A stretch of 34,524 nt of DNA from Pseudomonadota bacterium (GTDB lineage Bacteria > Pseudomonadota > Gammaproteobacteria > Xanthomonadales > Rhodanobacteraceae), in NCBI GenBank assembly GCA_018240765.1, contig JAFEFD010000581.1, positions 1-34,524 on the forward strand, in the 5' to 3' direction. Below are positions 9,088-17,759 of the stretch, in pieces. The stretch's first letter is position 1. Every line of letters starts with the position of its first letter. Below the pieces are notes generated by a model, which was given only the letters and a program-made list of their open reading frames with translations, ran no database searches and was not told the DNA's origin. Both the position numbers and the translations under genes were made by a program.

Positions 9088-10913
9088 ATGCAGTGGCGCT
9101 TCCCGAACGCGAGTTTCCCTCCCCCGATTCCGTCGATTCCGATTTCGTGCGCGCGCTTGAACGCTGGGTACGTGAACGCAGCGGATCGAGCCTGCTGGCG
9201 AATGCTGCCGCGACATTGATCCACGGTGAGGCCCAGGGACATGTGTGCTGCGATCTGTCCGCGGATGCCGGGCTTGGCGACGACGAGATTGCCACCTTGC
9301 GCGGCCATGCGTGGGTCGGAGCTGGCGATGCATTCACGCCCTTCGTGCTCGATGGCGATGCAAATTTGTATACCTGGCGCAACTGGCGCCACGAAACGCG
9401 GCTGGCAGATTCCTTGCGCGAGCGTGCGGGTAGACGCGCGTATCCGCTCGATGCAACGACATTGGCGGCGGACACGGGCGAATTGTTTGCGGGCATGGAC
9501 GCGCAAGCGACCAAATGGCAACGCGCCGCCGTCGCAGCCGTGCCTGGCGCACGCGTGTTCGTACTGACCGGCGGCCCCGGCACCGGCAAGACGACGACCG
9601 TGCTGCGCATGCTTCTGATGTTGATCAAGCAAGCACGCGCTTGCGAATTGCCCGAACATCCGACGATCGCGCTCGCCGCGCCGACCGGCAAGGCCGCGCA
9701 GCGCCTGTCCGCATCCATCGCCGACGGTACGCGCGCGCTGGCCCAATCGCTGGCGCCGGGTTCGGCGTTCACGCCCTTGCTCGAATCGCTAGCCACGACG
9801 CAGGCGCAAACGCTGCATCGCCTGCTCGGATTCTCCGCGCGCACTGGCGAATACGCATTCAATGCCGACGCGCCGCTCGCCGCCGACATCGTGGTGGCCG
9901 ATGAAGCCTCGATGATCGACCTTGCCATGATGCGTCGCCTCGTCGACGCGTTGCGCCCGGACGCGGTGCTGATCCTGCTCGGCGATCCGGCTCAGTTGTA
10001 CGCGGTCGACGCCGGCAGTGCGCTCGGCGACATTGCCGGCAGCGTTGTGCAAAATTCATTGCCCGGTGCGCTGGCCGAGCGTCTGTCCGGCGTACTTGGC
10101 GATGTGCCGGCATCCGACGATGCCAGCGTGCCGCTGGCAGGGCAGGTGCTGACCCTGACCCATGGCTTTCGCGCCGAAAAGGAACTCGCGGCCGCGCTCG
10201 ATGCGCTGCGCAGCCGCGATGTGGCATGGGTCGAACGCATCGTTGCCGAAGGCGGGGAAGGCGGCGTGCGCTGGTTCGACTGCGCCGATGCCGCCGCCGT
10301 GCGCGCGCGCCTCGACGCGTGGATCGCCACGCATGCGGATGCCTACGCCAGCCTGATGCGGCCGGACATCGAACCTGCCGATGCCCTGCGCCGCTTGCGC
10401 GAGATGCAAATCCTGTGCGCGCTGCGCGACGGGCTATTCGGTGCGAATGAAGTGAACGTCGCGCTGACGCGCCGGCTTGCCGCGCGTTTCGGATTCGACG
10501 CGAACCCGGTTTGGCATCATGGCCGCGCGGTGATCGTCACGCGCAACGACTACGCGCGTGGCCTGTACAACGGCGATGTCGGCATCGCGCTGGATCGCGG
10601 CGACGGCCTGCGCGTGTGGTTCGATGGCGATGCGGGTGTGCCGCGCAGTTTCTCCGCGCGCGCACTGCCCGCGCACGAGACCGCCTGGGCGATCACGATC
10701 CATCGTAGCCAGGGTTCGGAATATGACGAGGTTGCCGTGCTGCTTCCGCGTGATCCCAAGCATCGCATCCTCAGCCGCGAACTCGTCTACACGGCGGTCT
10801 CGCGCGCGCGCAAGGATGCGCAGCTTTGGGCGTCCGCCGACGCCCTGCGCGCCGCCGTGGCGCGGCCAGTCGTGCGCCGCAGCGGGTTGCGGGAGCGGCT
10901 GAACAGGGTCTGA
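9084..10913 (+). CDS. recD: Exodeoxyribonuclease V alpha subunit RecD
   Basis: ATG 9084 overlaps the recB stop (ATGA) with GGAGG RBS. GGPGTGKTT, APTGKAA, TLHRLLG, DEASMID, LLGDPAQL, NGDVG, TIHRSQGSEY, YTAVSRA. Confidence 0.97.
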   Translation: MNAVALPEREFPSPDSVDSDFVRALERWVRERSGSSLLANAAATLIHGEAQGHVCCDLSADAGLGDDEIATLRGHAWVGAGDAFTPFVLDGDANLYTWRNWRHETRLADSLRERAGRRAYPLDATTLAADTGELFAGMDAQATKWQRAAVAAVPGARVFVLTGGPGTGKTTTVLRMLLMLIKQARACELPEHPTIALAAPTGKAAQRLSASIADGTRALAQSLAPGSAFTPLLESLATTQAQTLHRLLGFSARTGEYAFNADAPLAADIVVADEASMIDLAMMRRLVDALRPDAVLILLGDPAQLYAVDAGSALGDIAGSVVQNSLPGALAERLSGVLGDVPASDDASVPLAGQVLTLTHGFRAEKELAAALDALRSRDVAWVERIVAEGGEGGVRWFDCADAAAVRARLDAWIATHADAYASLMRPDIEPADALRRLREMQILCALRDGLFGANEVNVALTRRLAARFGFDANPVWHHGRAVIVTRNDYARGLYNGDVGIALDRGDGLRVWFDGDAGVPRSFSARALPAHETAWAITIHRSQGSEYDEVAVLLPRDPKHRILSRELVYTAVSRARKDAQLWASADALRAAVARPVVRRSGLRERLNRV

Positions 10914-10938
10914 TTCACAACGCAAATCCGCCCCGCGC

Positions 10939-10947
10939 TGTTATGAT
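10939..10947 (+). promoter_or_regulatory. Putative extended -10 promoter element (TGtTATGAT) for exbB-exbD-msbA-lpxK
   Basis: TG-n-TATGAT-like sequence in the recD-exbB gap, about 30 nt upstream of GTG 10977. Confidence 0.4.
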
Positions 10948-10976
10948 TGCGTCGGTCGATTTCTGGAGTCTTGCGC

Positions 10977-11636
10977 GTGCTCGAAATCCTGATTGCCGGC
11001 GGCTGGGCCATGGTGCCGATCCTGCTGTGTTCGGCGGTGGCGCTGGCCATCATCCTGGAGCGGTTCTGGTCGCTGCGGCGCAAGTCCGTGGTGCCGCCGG
11101 AACTGGGCGAACAGGTCCTGGCGTGGGCGCGCACGCGCAAGCTCGATCCGGGGCATATCGAGACCCTGCGCGCGAATTCGCCGTTGGGTGAAATACTTGC
11201 CGCTGCGCTTTCCGTGCGCAACCGCTCGCGCGACATCATCAAGGAGCGCGTCGAGGACACCGGCCGTCACGTCGTGCACCGGCTCGAACGCTTCCTCAAC
11301 ACGCTCGGCACCATCGCGCTGATCTCGCCGCTGCTCGGACTGCTCGGCACCGTGTTCGGTTTGATCGAGATGTTCTTCGCGGTGATGGTCTCGGGCGTGG
11401 GCGATCCGCTGAAGATGGCCGGCGGCATCGGCCAGGCGCTGGTGTGCACGGCGACGGGCCTGTGCGTGGCGATCCCGGCGTATTTCTTCCATCGCTATTT
11501 CCGCGGACGCGTCGCCGACTACGTGGTCGACATGGAAGAGCAGACGATCCGCCTGATCGACGAATTGTCCGCGCACGCCGAGCCCGCTGCGGTATCTGCG
11601 GCCACGCCCGCGCGCGCAGCAGCCAAGGCGCACTGA
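10977..11636 (+). CDS. exbB: MotA/TolQ/ExbB proton channel family protein
   Basis: GTG 10977 after GGAG. AGGWAMVPILLCS...ERFW, LGTIALISPLLGLLGTVFGLI, GIGQALVCTATGL. Confidence 0.92.
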   Translation: MLEILIAGGWAMVPILLCSAVALAIILERFWSLRRKSVVPPELGEQVLAWARTRKLDPGHIETLRANSPLGEILAAALSVRNRSRDIIKERVEDTGRHVVHRLERFLNTLGTIALISPLLGLLGTVFGLIEMFFAVMVSGVGDPLKMAGGIGQALVCTATGLCVAIPAYFFHRYFRGRVADYVVDMEEQTIRLIDELSAHAEPAAVSAATPARAAAKAH

Positions 11637-11637
11637 C

Positions 11638-12066
11638 ATGCGCCTGGGTGCGCAACGCCAGGACGAGTTCGAGATCAACGTGATCTCGCTGATCGACGTC
11701 ATGCTCACGCTGCTGATGTTCTTCGTGATGACCACGACCTTCGTGCAGCATTCGGCTTTGAAGGTAACCCTGCCGCAGGCGTCGGAGAAACTCGAAGAGG
11801 CGCCGAAGAATCCGTTGATCGTGATGATTGGCGCCGACAGCCGCTTTTATGTCGACAACAACGAAGTTCTCAATCCCGATGTCGCCACGCTCAAGCAGGC
11901 GATCTCGCACATCGCCGGCGACGACCATGACATGCCGGTGATCCTGCGTGCGGACGCGATGACCCCGCACCAGGCCGTAGTCACGGCGATGGATGCGCTC
12001 GGCCAGCTCGGCTTCACGCACATGTCCATTGCGACCGTTCGGGCCAAGGACACTGGCAAACAGTGA
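11638..12066 (+). CDS. exbD: ExbD/TolR biopolymer transport protein
   Basis: EINVISLIDVMLTLLMFFVMTTTF transmembrane segment with conserved Asp; VILRADAMTPHQAVVTAMD. Confidence 0.93.
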   Translation: MRLGAQRQDEFEINVISLIDVMLTLLMFFVMTTTFVQHSALKVTLPQASEKLEEAPKNPLIVMIGADSRFYVDNNEVLNPDVATLKQAISHIAGDDHDMPVILRADAMTPHQAVVTAMDALGQLGFTHMSIATVRAKDTGKQ

Positions 12067-13832
12067 GCGACGACGCGCACGCTTCGGCTTCCCCCTGGTC
12101 CACCTGGCGGCGGCTGCTCGGCTACTCGTCGCGCTATTGGCCAATCGCGCTGCTGGCGATGCTCGGCATGATCTTCGACGCCGCCTGCGGCTCGGTGTTC
12201 ACCCTGATCATCAAACCCATGCTCGACGATTTGTTCGTGCACAAGGACAAGGCGACGATCTTCTGGATGCCGATTTTCATCGTCGGCCTGTTCCTCGTGC
12301 GCGGCATGGCGACCTACACCGCCGGCTACAACATGGCGAAGATCGCGCGCGGTGTGATCGCGACCTTGCGCGAGGAAGTCTTCCGCAAATACCTGACCCT
12401 GCCGGCCGCGTTCTTCCAGCGCGAGTCATCCAGCGTACAGATCTCGCGCATGACCTTCACCGTGGAGCAGGTAGCGAATGCCAGCACGGACGGATTGAAG
12501 ATTCTTGTGCTCGATGGACTCATGATCGTCGGACAGGTCAGTGTGATGCTGTACAACAGCGCGCGCCTGACCGTTGCGCTGTTCGTGCTTGCGCCGCCGG
12601 TCGCGCTGATCGTTTGGTACGTCGGCAAGCGGTACCGGCGCATCAGCCATCGCATCCAGGATTCGGTCGGTTCGATCACCGGCATGGTCGACGAGGTCGT
12701 CAACGGCCAGCGCGAAGTCCGGATTTATGGCGGGCGCGACTACGAGCAGAGTCGTTTCTCCACGGTCAACGACGCGATCCGCCGACTGAACCTGAAGATC
12801 GCCTCGACCAATTCGATGGCGAATGCCGTGGTGCAATTCGTTGCCGCCTTCGCGCTCGCGTTGGTGATTTTTCTTGCCACCCGGCCCGGCGCGATCCTGC
12901 GCGAGATGAGCCCGGGCACGTTCATGTCGCTGATCACGGCCATGCTGGTGATGCTGCCGTCGCTCAAGCGCCTGACCACGGTGCAGTCGAACATGCAGCG
13001 CGGCGTGGTTGCGGCGCAGGATATTTTCGCCGTGCTCGACACGGATGAAGAACACGATGCCGGCAAGCTGAGGGTCGAGCGCGCGCGCGGCGACATCGCA
13101 TTGCGCGGCGTGGAATTCAGCTACCCCGGCGCCGGCGTACCGGCGCTGCATGGCATCGAGCTGGATTGTGCGGCGGGCAGCGTCACCGCCATGGTCGGAA
13201 GATCAGGCAGCGGCAAGTCGACGCTCGCGAGCCTGATCCCGCGCTTCCACGATCCGGATGCGGGGCAAATCCTGCTCGACAACAAGCCGCTTGCGGATTA
13301 CGCGCTCGACAACCTGCGCGCGCAGATCGCATGGGTCGGCCAGCAAGTCGTGATTTTCGACGACACCGTGGCGCGTAACATCGCTTACGGCGCGCTTGGC
13401 GGCGCGTCACGCGAAGCCATCTTGGAAGCCGCGCGTGCTGCGAACGCGCTTGATTTCATCGACGCGTTGCCGGATGGCCTCGACAGCCGTGTGGGCGAGG
13501 GTGGGGCGTTGCTGTCCGGTGGCCAGCGCCAACGCATCGCGATCGCGCGCGCGATCCTGAAGGACGCGCCGATCCTGATCCTCGACGAAGCAACCAGCGC
13601 GCTCGACAGCGAGAGCGAAAGCCTGATCCAGGACGCGCTCAAGCGTCTGCTGCGCCAGCGCACGGTCATCGTCATCGCGCATCGCCTCTCGACCATCGAA
13701 CATGCCGATCGCATCGCCGTGCTCGACGGCGGCCGCATCATCGAGGCCGGCAGGCATGCCGAACTGCTCGCGCGCGGCGGCCAATATGCGCTGCTGCACA
13801 GGATGCAATTTCGCGACAACGGCGGTAATTGA
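12063..13832 (+). CDS. msbA: Lipid A export ABC transporter MsbA
   Basis: Multi-TM N-terminal domain plus NBD (GRSGSGKS, LSGGQRQR, ILDEATS, IAHRLST). Lies directly upstream of lpxK. Confidence 0.95.
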   Translation: MSDDAHASASPWSTWRRLLGYSSRYWPIALLAMLGMIFDAACGSVFTLIIKPMLDDLFVHKDKATIFWMPIFIVGLFLVRGMATYTAGYNMAKIARGVIATLREEVFRKYLTLPAAFFQRESSSVQISRMTFTVEQVANASTDGLKILVLDGLMIVGQVSVMLYNSARLTVALFVLAPPVALIVWYVGKRYRRISHRIQDSVGSITGMVDEVVNGQREVRIYGGRDYEQSRFSTVNDAIRRLNLKIASTNSMANAVVQFVAAFALALVIFLATRPGAILREMSPGTFMSLITAMLVMLPSLKRLTTVQSNMQRGVVAAQDIFAVLDTDEEHDAGKLRVERARGDIALRGVEFSYPGAGVPALHGIELDCAAGSVTAMVGRSGSGKSTLASLIPRFHDPDAGQILLDNKPLADYALDNLRAQIAWVGQQVVIFDDTVARNIAYGALGGASREAILEAARAANALDFIDALPDGLDSRVGEGGALLSGGQRQRIAIARAILKDAPILILDEATSALDSESESLIQDALKRLLRQRTVIVIAHRLSTIEHADRIAVLDGGRIIEAGRHAELLARGGQYALLHRMQFRDNGGN

Positions 13833-13835
13833 TTC

Positions 13836-14828
13836 GTGTTCGACGAGCGCGAATTGCAATCGGTCTGGTACGGCGGACGCGCGCCATCACTGTGGCTGCG
13901 CGCGCTGTCGCTGCTGTTCGGCACGCTCCGCGGGTTACGCCAGCGCCTGTATGCGACCGGGCTCTTGCCGCGCGTGCGCCTGCCGGTACCCGTTGTCGTC
14001 GTCGGCAATATCACCGTCGGCGGAACAGGCAAGACGCCGTTGACCATCGCGCTGGTCGAAGCCTTGCGCGAGCGCGGATTCAAGCCGGGCGTGGTCAGTC
14101 GCGGTTACGGTGGCAGCGCGCGCGCGGCGATGGGCGTGGATGCGCATTCGGATCCTGCAATGGTCGGCGATGAAGCGCGGTTGATATTCGATGCCACACA
14201 CGCGCCGCTGGCCGTGGGTCGCGATCGTGTTGCGACTGCGCAGTTGTTGCTGTCGTCTGGCGAGGCCGATGTCATCGTCGCCGACGACGGCCTGCAGCAC
14301 TACCGCCTGCATCGCGATGTGGAAATCTGCGTGATCGACGGGGAACGTCGTTTCGGCAACGAACGCCTGCTGCCAGCCGGGCCGCTGCGCGAACCGATGG
14401 CACGTCTGCAAACCGTGGATTTTCGCGTTTGCAACGGTGGCGTAGCACAGGTCGGTGAGGTGCCGATGACACTGGTTGGCGACATTGCGCTGTCGATGAC
14501 AGGCGCCCAACAGCGTCCTTTGCGCGAATTCGCCGGACACCGCGTGCATGTCGTGGCCGGCATCGGAAATCCATCTCGATTCTTCGCCAAGCTGCGCGAT
14601 GCGGGCATTGATATCCTCGAACACGCATTTTCCGACCACCACGCGTATGCCGCATCCGACCTCGCTTTTGGTGACGAACTGCCGGTGCTGATGACGGAAA
14701 AAGATGCGGTCAAATGCGCGGCTTTCGCTCGACCAAACTGGTGGAGTGTGCTAGTCCGCGCGCAGTTGCCACCGCATTTTTTCGATGCGGTGGCGCAGCA
14801 GCTGCGCGTCGGCGATAAAACCCGTTGA
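13836..14828 (+). CDS. lpxK: Tetraacyldisaccharide 4'-kinase
   Basis: VGNITVGGTGKTP, VSRGYGG, GDE, DDGLQHY, LLPAGPLRE, AGIGNP, MTEKDAVKC. Confidence 0.97.
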   Translation: MFDERELQSVWYGGRAPSLWLRALSLLFGTLRGLRQRLYATGLLPRVRLPVPVVVVGNITVGGTGKTPLTIALVEALRERGFKPGVVSRGYGGSARAAMGVDAHSDPAMVGDEARLIFDATHAPLAVGRDRVATAQLLLSSGEADVIVADDGLQHYRLHRDVEICVIDGERRFGNERLLPAGPLREPMARLQTVDFRVCNGGVAQVGEVPMTLVGDIALSMTGAQQRPLREFAGHRVHVVAGIGNPSRFFAKLRDAGIDILEHAFSDHHAYAASDLAFGDELPVLMTEKDAVKCAAFARPNWWSVLVRAQLPPHFFDAVAQQLRVGDKTR

Positions 14829-14853
14829 CAAGCGCGCCGCGCGCGACTACCTT
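14825..14853 (+). promoter_or_regulatory. Sigma70-type promoter for mgtA
   Basis: Consensus -35 TTGACA (14825-14830, overlapping the lpxK stop), 17-nt spacer, -10 TACCTT (14848-14853). Confidence 0.7.
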
Positions 14854-14859
14854 GCGCGC

Positions 14860-15056
14860 ACCTTAGCCATACGGGGGCGTCCTTCCGTGGACCCTTGCAG
14901 TAGAAGCCATACTGCAGCCAGTCATCGCTAGTCCGCGGAAGGCCCGTTGCCACGGTGCGCTCCGCCTGAGACGGTAACGCGCCGGAATCGCCTGCGGGCG
15001 ATCCAGCACCTCATCCGAATCGCAAGCATGACCGGCTGCCCGATTTCGGAGTCGTC
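14860..15056 (+). ncRNA. Putative structured cis-regulatory 5' leader of mgtA (riboswitch/attenuator candidate)
   Basis: 12-bp helix 14881-14892/14931-14942 enclosing a 7-bp hairpin 14896-14916. Helix 14945-14951/14973-14979. Hairpin ATCGCC-TGCG-GGCGAT 14987-15002. Hairpin 15014-15022/15041-15050 covering the mgtA SD. Confidence 0.55.
14887..14931 (+). CDS. Putative mgtA leader peptide (MDPCSRSHTAASHR, 14 aa)
   Basis: GTG start 9 nt after GGGGG; TAG at 14929-14931. Begins MDP like the enterobacterial mgtA leader peptide MgtL but has only one Pro. Confidence 0.3.
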   Translation: MDPCSRSHTAASHR

Positions 15057-17759
15057 ATGCTGGATTTGTTCAATTTCTCCATGCTGATCCCCAATGCTGC
15101 GCGCGAGCGCGGCAAAGGTGAGGCTGCCGCGCGCGCCACAACGCAGCTTGCGGACATCGCGCGCCTGGAATCCGCCGAGGTGCTGGGCAAGCTCACCGCC
15201 GTTGCCGACGGATTGAATCCGGAACAGGTCGAAGAACGGCTTGAGGAATTCGGGCCGAACATCGTCGCACAGGAAGTGAAGAAGCACGTCGTTCTGCAAC
15301 TGCTCGAACGCTTCATCACCAACCCGATCAATATCCTGCTCACCGTGCTCGCGGTAATCACCTGGGCGACGGGTTCCGAACTGAGCGACAAGATCGGCGC
15401 CATCATCATGTTCGCGATGGTGGTCATGGCCGTGTTCGTCGCGCATTTCCAGGAAGCGCGCTCCAGCCGTGCGGTTGAGCAGTTGCGACGCATGGTCAGC
15501 AACACGGCCACGGTGCGCCGCGAAGTGGACGAGCCTGTCGAAGGCGCCGACGAAGACGCACCCACGCAGCGCATGGCGAAAAAGCTCGAAGTGCCGATCG
15601 ACGGCCTCGTGCCCGGCGACATCGTGTATTTGTCGGCTGGTGACATGGTGCCGGCGGATTTGCGCCTTCTGCACGCCAAGGATCTGTTCATCAATCAGGC
15701 CGCGCTGACCGGCGAATCGATGCCGGTGGAAAAATTCGCGGCTGCAGATGCGGACGCGAAGACCGCGCTGGAAGCGCGTTGCCTGTGCTTCATGGGCTCG
15801 AACGTGGTCAGCGGCAGCGCCACCGGCGTCATCGCAGCGACCGGCGCCGGCACCTATTTCGGCGCATTGGCCGGCTCGCTCGTCGGCCAGCGCGTGGAGA
15901 CCAGCTTCGACAAGGGCGTGTCGCGCTTCGCCTGGCTGATGCTGCGCTTCATGGCGGTGATGGTGCCGGTGGTGTTCCTGATCAACGGCGTCACCAAGCA
16001 CGACTGGTTCGAGGCATTCATGTTCGCGGTCGCCGTGGCCGTTGGCCTGACCCCGGAAATGCTGCCGATGATCGTCGCGATCAACCTCGCCAAGGGCGCG
16101 CTGAAGATGGCGAGCAAGGATGTCATCGTCAAGCGCCTGAACGCGATCCAGAACTTCGGCGCGATCGACGTGCTGTGCACGGACAAGACCGGCACGCTCA
16201 CGCAAGATCGCGTCATCCTCGAGCGCCACACCGACATTCGTGGCGACGAGGACGATGCCGTGCTCGATTTCGCCTGGCTCAACAGCTACCACCAGACCGG
16301 CCTGAAGAACCTGCTCGACGTGGCGGTGCTCGAAGGCGCCACGCCAGCCGCCGCAGCGCGCCTGAAGTCGGCCTACACCCTGGTCGACGAAGTGCCGTTC
16401 GATTTCTCGCGCCGGCGCATGTCGGTGGTGGTTCGCGATGAATCCGGACGACACTTCCTGATTTCCAAGGGCGCGGTCGCCGAGACCGTGGCCGTATGCG
16501 TCAACGCGCGCGATGCCGGCGAAAACGTCGCGATGACACCGGAAAAGCTGGCCGAGGTCCGCGCCGTGTCGCGCGACATGAACGACGACGGATTTCGCGT
16601 GCTCGCGCTGGGCGTGCGCGAGATCGAAGCCAAACCAAGCTATTCGCGCGACGACGAATCAGGCCTGACCCTGATGGGCTTCATCGCCTTCCTCGATCCG
16701 CCCAAGGACAGCGCGGCGGACGCGATCGCGGCCCTGAACGCGAACGGCGTGGCGGTGAAGATCCTCACCGGCGACAACGACGTGGTCACGCGCAACGTCT
16801 GCCGCCAGGTCGGCATCACCGTCGAGAATTTCCTGACCGGGCCGAAAGTCGAGGCGATGAGCGACGACGAGCTCACTGTCGCGACGCGTACCACGCAAGT
16901 CTTCGCGCGCCTGAACCCGCAGCAGAAGGTGCGCGTGATCCAGGCCCTGCATCGCGACGGCCACGTCGTCGGTTTTCTCGGCGATGGCATCAACGACGGC
17001 CCGGCCCTGCGTGCGGCCGACGTCGGCATTTCGGTGGATACCGCGGTCGACATCGCCAAGGAATCGGCCGACATCATTTTGCTGGAAAAGAGCCTCATGG
17101 TGCTCGAGGAGGGCGTGATCGAAGGCCGCAAGGTGTTCGGCAACGTGCTCAAGTACATCAAGATGACCGCGAGCTCCAACTTCGGCAACATGTTCAGCAT
17201 GATCGGGGCGAGTGCACTGCTGCCGTTCCTGCCGATGCTGCCGGTGCAGGTGTTGCTCAACAACCTGATGTATGATTTCTCGCAGACGTCGGTGGCATCC
17301 GACGAAGTCGATCCGGACTATCTTGCCAAGCCGCGCCAATGGGACCTGAAGGCGATCGCGCGCTTCATGGTGTACATCGGTCCGATCAGTTCGATCTTCG
17401 ACTACTGCACGTTCGCATTCCTCTGGTTCGTGCTTGGCGCGGATTCCGGCGCACACCAACGCCTGTTCCAGACCGGCTGGTTCGTCGAGTCGCTGCTCAC
17501 GCAAACCCTGATCGTGCACGTCATCCGCACGGGCAAGATTCCGTTTCTGGAAAGCCGCGCGAGCCTGCCGCTCACGATCACCGGCGTGGCGATCTGCCTT
17601 ATCGGCATGATCCTGCCGTTTTCTGCGGTGGCGCCGTGGTTCGGCTTCGTCCCGCTGCCGGGCATCTACTGGCTGTTCCTGGCGGCAATGATCGTCGCTT
17701 ACATGGGGCTAACCCAATTCGTGAAGACGCGGATGATTCGCCACTTTGGCGTCATTTGA
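15057..17759 (+). CDS. mgtA: Magnesium-translocating P-type ATPase (P3B)
   Basis: 900 aa. LTGESMPVEK, AVGLTPEMLPMI, LCTDKTGTLT, HQTGLKNLLD, DEVPFDFSRRRMSV, GDGINDGPAL, SSNFGNMFS, FQTGWFVES. Confidence 0.96.
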   Translation: MLDLFNFSMLIPNAARERGKGEAAARATTQLADIARLESAEVLGKLTAVADGLNPEQVEERLEEFGPNIVAQEVKKHVVLQLLERFITNPINILLTVLAVITWATGSELSDKIGAIIMFAMVVMAVFVAHFQEARSSRAVEQLRRMVSNTATVRREVDEPVEGADEDAPTQRMAKKLEVPIDGLVPGDIVYLSAGDMVPADLRLLHAKDLFINQAALTGESMPVEKFAAADADAKTALEARCLCFMGSNVVSGSATGVIAATGAGTYFGALAGSLVGQRVETSFDKGVSRFAWLMLRFMAVMVPVVFLINGVTKHDWFEAFMFAVAVAVGLTPEMLPMIVAINLAKGALKMASKDVIVKRLNAIQNFGAIDVLCTDKTGTLTQDRVILERHTDIRGDEDDAVLDFAWLNSYHQTGLKNLLDVAVLEGATPAAAARLKSAYTLVDEVPFDFSRRRMSVVVRDESGRHFLISKGAVAETVAVCVNARDAGENVAMTPEKLAEVRAVSRDMNDDGFRVLALGVREIEAKPSYSRDDESGLTLMGFIAFLDPPKDSAADAIAALNANGVAVKILTGDNDVVTRNVCRQVGITVENFLTGPKVEAMSDDELTVATRTTQVFARLNPQQKVRVIQALHRDGHVVGFLGDGINDGPALRAADVGISVDTAVDIAKESADIILLEKSLMVLEEGVIEGRKVFGNVLKYIKMTASSNFGNMFSMIGASALLPFLPMLPVQVLLNNLMYDFSQTSVASDEVDPDYLAKPRQWDLKAIARFMVYIGPISSIFDYCTFAFLWFVLGADSGAHQRLFQTGWFVESLLTQTLIVHVIRTGKIPFLESRASLPLTITGVAICLIGMILPFSAVAPWFGFVPLPGIYWLFLAAMIVAYMGLTQFVKTRMIRHFGVI

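Noticed and set aside
5545-9333. 1262-aa antisense ORF over recB, and similar long shadow ORFs (3227-4432, 14928-16454, 22969-24330, 29167-31401, 33068-34408)
   Set aside because: They mirror well-supported genes on the opposite strand and have no recognisable motifs. High GC3 codon bias explains the lack of antisense stops.
14860-15056. Assignment of the mgtA leader as an M-box (ykoK) or yybP-ykoY riboswitch
   Set aside because: The conserved cores (M-box AGGUGAGGCU...UGCUAAAGCUC; yybP GGGGAGUAG...CAAUAC) are not recognisable. Only short fragments such as GCCAUAC resemble them.
15028-15087. Cys-rich 19-aa ORF MTGCPISESSCWICSISPC overlapping the mgtA start
   Set aside because: No SD, and half of it is an alternative frame of mgtA. 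Likely chance unless conserved in homologs.
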